This document shows positions 58,902 through 64,000 of a DNA stretch of 64,000 nt, piece by piece. Origin of the DNA: an uncultured bacterium (GTDB taxonomy: Bacteria; Auribacterota; Erginobacteria; Erginobacterales; Erginobacteraceae); the NCBI GenBank assembly GCA_963822585.1, contig CAWGIE010000031.1, forward strand, positions 160,001-224,000, read 5' to 3'. Under the pieces are notes generated by a model. The model was not told where the DNA came from, did not search any database, and was given only the letters and a program-made list of their open reading frames with translations. Both the position numbers and the translations under genes were made by a program. The first letter of the stretch is position 1. Every line of letters starts with the position of its first letter.

Positions 58902-61138
58902 ATGAAGAAACCCATCAGCACAGACCTTCTCTTCTCTCTCCTCCTCATCGCCGGGGCGCTCCTCCTCTATTCCTCGTCCCTTAATAATGAGTTCGTCTTT
59001 GATGATGAAGTTGTTATCGTGGCCAGCCGGTATATCCTATCTCCGGACAACCTTCCCGATTTCTTCCTCCGGCCGACATACTCCTTCTACCGTCCTCTCC
59101 GCTCCCTTTCTTATCTCTTTGACTATCGTTACTGGGATCTTAATCCATTCGGTTTTCACATCACCAATATCCTTCTCCACGGACTCTGCTGTTTTGCGTT
59201 TTATTTCCTCCTGAAAAGCTATCGGATCCGGCTGCCGGTCAGGGAGGCGGCGGCGCTTATCTTTCTGGCTCATCCGGTCAACACCGAGGCGGTCGTCTAT
59301 CTCAGCTCCCGCGCCGAGCTGCTGGGGACTCTCTGCGCTCTTCTCTTTTTTCTGGCCGCCGCGCGCTATGCTTCTTCCGGACGGGTCTGGACGGCCCTTC
59401 TCGCTTTTTTCTTTTTGGCCGCCGCGCTCCTATCGAAGGAGAGCTTCGCGGTTCTTCCCCTCCTCCTTCTCCTCTTCCGCCCCGGGCGCGGGCGATCCGC
59501 CGAGGCCATACCGGATAATATCCGCCTCCATCTGAGAATCACTCTCGGGGCTCTTTTCATCGTCGGAATCTTTTTGTTCTTCCGCTTCTTTCTTCTCCCG
59601 GCCCCCACCACTCTCGGGCAGTTCAGCCGTCTCCTTACCTATCCCCAGATCTTGATCAAAATGCCCGGGGTCCTGATCACTTACCTCCGCCTCCTGATCG
59701 TCCCCGTCAACCTCTCCCCTCATCACCCCCTGGCGGTGGAGCCGCTCCTTGCCCCCCCGGCGTTCCTTCTCCAGGTCATGGCGCTGATCGGAGTGATCCT
59801 CCTGGTATTCAGCCGCCGGAAAATGTCGCCGGTCATTTTTCGGTCCGGCCTCTGGATTTTGATCACGTTGATCCCGGTCTCCAATATCTACCCATTGCCC
59901 AGACTGCTGGCCGAGAAATACCTTTATCTCCCTTCGCTCGGCTTTTCTCTTCTTCTCGCTCAACTCTGCTGCGGAGGGCGCCCCCGTTTCCGCAAAAGCG
60001 TCTGTTCTCTCGTCTGGCTGATCGCCGCCATCTTTGTCCTGCTGACCCTTCTTCGCCAGCCCGTCTGGCGATCAAACTACGCCCTCTGGGAGAAAACCTC
60101 CCGTGACCGCCCCCGCTCCCCGCTCACCCTCTACAACCGGGGGATGGCCCGGATCCGGTTCGGCCGGGTGGAAGAAGGGTTGGCTGATCTCCGGGCCGCG
60201 GAGGTCATCCTCCCCGGCCAACCGGTTATCCGGGAGCGGATCGCGGACTGCCTGGGTCTGCTCGGACGCTACCAGGAATCTCTTGAATTGTATCAGGAAC
60301 TCCTCCGGGATTCTCCCGATTCACCCGCTCTCCTCTTGAAAATCGGCTTCTCTTACGAGGGCAGCGGGTACCCCCGTCTGGCGGAGCATTACTACGACGA
60401 AGCTCTCGCTCTGGCCGCCCGCGCGGACCCTTCCCGGACCTACCAATTCCGTTCCAGCTACCTGGAACTGGCCCGCCTCCGGGAAGCCGGAGGCGATTAT
60501 TCCCGGGCGGTCCGCCTGCTCGAAGACCTCCTCTCCCTCACCCCCGATGATCCGGCGGTTCATTACCGGCTCGGCCTTCTTTATGAGAAAGAAGGCAGAT
60601 TCGATGATGCCCTCGAACAATACAGCCGGGCCCTGGAAAACGGCCCCGCGTCTTCCGAGCTCCTTTATCGAGAGGGGCGGGCTTATCAGGGGGGGAGCGG
60701 TTCAAGGAAGCCATGCAGTCCTATCGCCGGGCTCTGCAGCTCGACCCCGACTTCGCCCCCGCCTACTTCGACCTGGGGAGTCTCTTGGCCGCTTATGAAG
60801 AATATGGTCTGGCGGCAAAATTCTTTCAGGCCGGGTTGAAGCGCCGGCCGGATGATTACCGGGCCCGGACCAACCTCGGCAGTATCTATCAATTTCAGGG
60901 GAAATACCCCGAGGCCATCGCCGAGTACGAGCGGTCTCTGCAGCTGGAGAATAGTTATAAGGCCCGCTATAATCTGGGGTTTCTCTACCTGAATAAATTA
61001 CACGACCAAACATCCGCCCGGCCCCACCTGGAGGAGGCTCTCCGCCTGGCTGATGATCCCGTCCAGATCGAAAAAATCAAAGCCGCCCTCGAGAGTATTT
61101 TCGGGAAAGAAACCCCATCTGATATATCTAATCATTGA
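58902..61138 (+). CDS. TMTC-like GT-C membrane protein with TPR repeats; frameshift at the G7 run 60689-60695
   Basis: FVFDD, YRPL, HPVNTEAVVYLSSRAE, SKES, AEKYLYLPS, TPRs. Adding one G restores YQGGERFKEAMQSYRRALQLDP and joins ORF 60713..61138. Confidence 0.82.
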
Positions 61139-61238
61139 TCGATGCAGCAAAGCTGCTACCTGCGTAAAAATCCACTTGTCATACCTTGCAAAACACAAAC
61201 CCCTAAACCATCATAAACCCCACAAACCCCACAAACCG

Positions 61239-61276
61239 ACTTGACATTTTCATTTGATCAAATGAAAATGTCAGGT
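61239..61276. promoter_or_regulatory. 38-bp palindrome (32 bp perfect) upstream of PaaX-like gene 2, overlapping a possible promoter
   Basis: TGACATTTTCATTTGATCAAATGAAAATGTCA (61242-61273); overlaps TTGACA-N17-GAAAAT. Confidence 0.8.
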
Positions 61277-61288
61277 ACGGAGTTTATT

Positions 61289-62080
61289 ATGCCCTCTTTA
61301 TGCGAAGAAATATTATGCACTCTCTATGACGGCATGGCGGAAATGCTTACCCCTGCCGCCAATTTTTCCATCGGGTGTGCTTTTAAACCAAGCAGTTTTT
61401 ATAAAACCGTTGACCGATTAGGGAAAGACGGCTACCTGAAGAAACAGCGGAAAGAACGGAGAATTTTCCTCACGCTCACTGACAAAGGGAAGAAAACAAT
61501 CCGGGAGCATCGGAAAGCGGGCCGGCGGTTTCGGCCGCGTTGGGATGGGAAATGGCGTCTGGTTATTTTTGACATACCCGAGAAAAAGAGCAGGACGCGG
61601 GATTATCTCAGAAACTTCCTTAAAACCCTTGGCTATGGCAAGGTTCAGCGCAGCATCTGGATATCTCCTTATAATTTTGAGAAGTTAGTCTCCCGTTTTA
61701 TCGACAAATTGGATATTTCCGGATGCTGTTACCAGTTAACCGTGGAGCAATTCCGGGAAATGTCTGGCGTTGAACTGGCACGCAGAGCGTGGCCCATTGA
61801 TGAGATACAGGCGGCCTATCGGCAGTTCTACGATGGGTATTCATCCCGACTCAATCAACTGGAAGAACTGACGAAAAATCCGGACGTTGAAGCTCGGATT
61901 CTCTGGAAGAGGTTCATGAGTACTCTGGACTGGGATTATCGCTCGATAGCGGCGCTGGATCCGCATCTCCCAGCCGAGCTTCTTCCCGCTGACTGGCCTG
62001 GAAAAGCAGCGATGGATTTTATCCGACTTATTAAAAATATGGCCGCCAAACGGATTGAACCTAAATGCTTTCAGCCATAA
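61289..62080 (+). CDS. PaaX-family-like regulator, second copy
   Basis: Starts MPSL like copy 1; TVDRLGKDGYL, WDGKWRLVIFDIPE, GYGKVQRSIWISP, DPHLPAELLPADWPG; RBS GGAG at 61279. Confidence 0.85.
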   Translation: MPSLCEEILCTLYDGMAEMLTPAANFSIGCAFKPSSFYKTVDRLGKDGYLKKQRKERRIFLTLTDKGKKTIREHRKAGRRFRPRWDGKWRLVIFDIPEKKSRTRDYLRNFLKTLGYGKVQRSIWISPYNFEKLVSRFIDKLDISGCCYQLTVEQFREMSGVELARRAWPIDEIQAAYRQFYDGYSSRLNQLEELTKNPDVEARILWKRFMSTLDWDYRSIAALDPHLPAELLPADWPGKAAMDFIRLIKNMAAKRIEPKCFQP

Positions 62081-62103
62081 AATGACGCTTTGCCATTTTG
62101 ATG

Positions 62104-62141
62104 ACCTGACATATTCGTTTGATCAAATGAATATGTCAGGT
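62104..62141. promoter_or_regulatory. 38-bp palindrome downstream of PaaX-like gene 2
   Basis: ACCTGACATATTCGTTTGATCAAATGAATATGTCAGGT (one mismatch), near-copy of 61239-61276. Confidence 0.8.
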
Positions 62142-62312
62142 GCACGCACTCAAAAACAGAGAACTTCAGAGAACTGCTTTGGGCCCTATTGACCAATAAG
62201 CGTAAGGCTTCTAGTCATGCAATATTTTTCCTGTTAATATGATCTATTTATTATTATATTTAATTCGGGTTATGAATAAATTGAAGTTATAGATATAGCT
62301 CAAAATTAATCC

Positions 62313-64000
62313 ATGGTCTTAACACAGACAATAGCTCTCTGGCTGGTCTCGACACTGATCGGGGTTATCGCCTTTCCCCTGCTCTACACCATCTGCCCCC
62401 GCCTCAAGGATCGCGGCTACGCAATCGCCCGGGTCACCGGTCTTGTTTTCGTCACTTTTATCGCCTGGTTTCTCTCCAGCATCAAGGTGCTGCCGTTCGG
62501 CACCGGGTCCCTGCTCCTGGCCCTCATCTGCCTGCTCGGCCTCTCTCTCCGGCTGGGATATGGGAGACGGAAAGAGCTGTTCTCTTTTCTGAAAGAGAAC
62601 AGCCGGCTCATCCTCTTGATCGAGGTGATCGGCATCGTCTTCCTGATCGTCTTTCTCTTTATCGTCTCGCTCAATCCGAACATCGATCCCGACAGCGAAC
62701 GTTTCATGGACTATGCCCTCCTCAACAGCATCGACCGGACCGCTTACTTCCCCCCCCTCGACCCCTGGTTCTCCGGCCGGGTCATGGACTATTATTACTA
62801 CGGTTATATCATTGTTTCCGGCCTCCACAAGCTGGTCCCGGTCCCTCTCCCCGTCTTCTTTAACCTGGTCCTGGCTCAGATCTACGCCCTCTTTGTCATG
62901 GCTTGTTTTGGCATCGGCTACAACTTAACCGGGAAAAGGTCTTACGGCCTGCTGGCCGTCTGCGGCGTCATGCTGATCGGCAATCTGGACGGCCTGATTC
63001 AGATTTTCGGCAAAGGTTTTACCAACTTCGGGGCCTTTCACAGCGCCCGGGTTCTGGTACAGGAAACAGCCGACGGGCGCATCCTCGATTACCCGATCAA
63101 CGAGTTTCCTTTCTTCAGCCTGATCTACGGCGACCTGCATCCGTATGTCATCACCTATCTCATCAACATGGCCATCCTCAACCTGCTTCTCAATCTGGCT
63201 CTCGTACCGGCGGCGGGATGGAGAATGCTGGGCGAGACCCGGGGTCTTCGCTTACTGACCGTGATCGTCATCTCGATCATGATCGGCTGTCTCTTCGGCG
63301 CCCATACCTGGGATTATCCCGTCTACCTGGCGGTCATCGTCGCTCTGCTTGCCTACCACCAGTGGCGGGAATTCAGGAAAGCGGGCAAAGAGACGATCCC
63401 GGAAGAGGCGGAAGGCGGGAAGGAAGGGGAAGAGTGGCCCGGGAGGGCCGGTCTGACCGCCATTATCCGCTTTCTCGGCCCGGCCGTGACCCTGGTCCTG
63501 GTCAGTTTCATCATCTATCTTCCTTTCAACCTCTCTTTCATCAGCGAACAGGTCGGGCACGAGCGGGGCGGGATCGGTATGGTCTCTCTCCGCACCCCGC
63601 TCGGACTTTTCCTGATCGCTTTCGGCATCTATCTCTTTTTCCTGGTTGTTTTTCTCCTCTCTCACGCGAGCGCGGCGAACATCCGCGGCGGGAAAAAGAT
63701 ATCCTGGGGGCCCTTCAGCCTCTTCCTCCTTGCCGCCGTCGCGGTAATCGCCCGTCAGGGGGGGGGATCCATGCTCGATCAGACCTATCTTTTTCTGGCG
63801 GTACTCTTCATCCTGACCGCCGTCGTCCTCTTTTTCCCTCCCCTGAAGGAGGAAGAACACTTCAGCTTGATTTTGGCCCTGATCGCCCTTGGATTGGCCT
63901 TCTTCTGCGAGTTTTTTTTCATGATTGATCATTACCAGGGAGGGGGCTATGAACGGATGAACACTATGTTCAAGCTCTATACCAACGTCTGGCTCCTTCT
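62313..64000 (+). CDS. DUF2298 / YYY-motif membrane protein (GT-C-like); runs off the window edge
   Basis: Manual translation: DRGYAIA, ERFMDY.LLN...PPLDPWFSG..MDYYYYG, INEFPFFS...GDLHP, ERMNTMFKLY. Missing from the ORF track because no stop lies in the window. Confidence 0.82.
   Translation, partial: MVLTQTIALWLVSTLIGVIAFPLLYTICPRLKDRGYAIARVTGLVFVTFIAWFLSSIKVLPFGTGSLLLALICLLGLSLRLGYGRRKELFSFLKENSRLILLIEVIGIVFLIVFLFIVSLNPNIDPDSERFMDYALLNSIDRTAYFPPLDPWFSGRVMDYYYYGYIIVSGLHKLVPVPLPVFFNLVLAQIYALFVMACFGIGYNLTGKRSYGLLAVCGVMLIGNLDGLIQIFGKGFTNFGAFHSARVLVQETADGRILDYPINEFPFFSLIYGDLHPYVITYLINMAILNLLLNLALVPAAGWRMLGETRGLRLLTVIVISIMIGCLFGAHTWDYPVYLAVIVALLAYHQWREFRKAGKETIPEEAEGGKEGEEWPGRAGLTAIIRFLGPAVTLVLVSFIIYLPFNLSFISEQVGHERGGIGMVSLRTPLGLFLIAFGIYLFFLVVFLLSHASAANIRGGKKISWGPFSLFLLAAVAVIARQGGGSMLDQTYLFLAVLFILTAVVLFFPPLKEEEHFSLILALIALGLAFFCEFFFMIDHYQGGGYERMNTMFKLYTNVWLL

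Noticed and set aside
62903..63928. 341-aa + ORF
   Set aside because: Off-frame overlap of the DUF2298-like gene starting at 62313.

Overview
Bacterial, mostly GC-rich cell-surface locus; almost all genes are on the + strand. 1-19.4 kb: nucleotide-sugar enzymes (two NAD-dependent epimerases/dehydratases, a cytidylyltransferase-PfkB fusion), six polytopic membrane proteins that look like GT-C-type glycosyltransferases (ArnT/PMT-, YfhO-, TMTC-like), discoidin-like proteins and a PaaX-like regulator. 19.9-58.6 kb: a cluster of secreted proteins. It holds a signal-peptide-bearing phage-fibre-like protein, an apparently single ~22-kb (~7,400 aa) giant modular gene broken by frameshifts in an indel-dense stretch, an SBBP beta-propeller protein, a PEP-CTERM protein, and three proteins with a shared C-terminal DxDGDG/RGxxRxYFG repeat domain. 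58.9-64 kb: a second TMTC-like gene, a second PaaX-like gene and a DUF2298-like membrane protein. Best leads: (1) both PaaX-like genes are bracketed by their own pair of 34-38-bp GATC-centred palindromes; (2) a region that is contiguous in a 576-aa protein is split between the giant protein and its translationally coupled neighbour; (3) a family of ~110-130-bp intergenic elements has conserved ends but interchangeable REP-like cores; (4) Pro/Thr-rich secreted proteins are bracketed by putative protein glycosyltransferases. I saw no tRNA, rRNA, CRISPR array, integrase or transposase. All family assignments are from motif recognition by eye; no searches were run.
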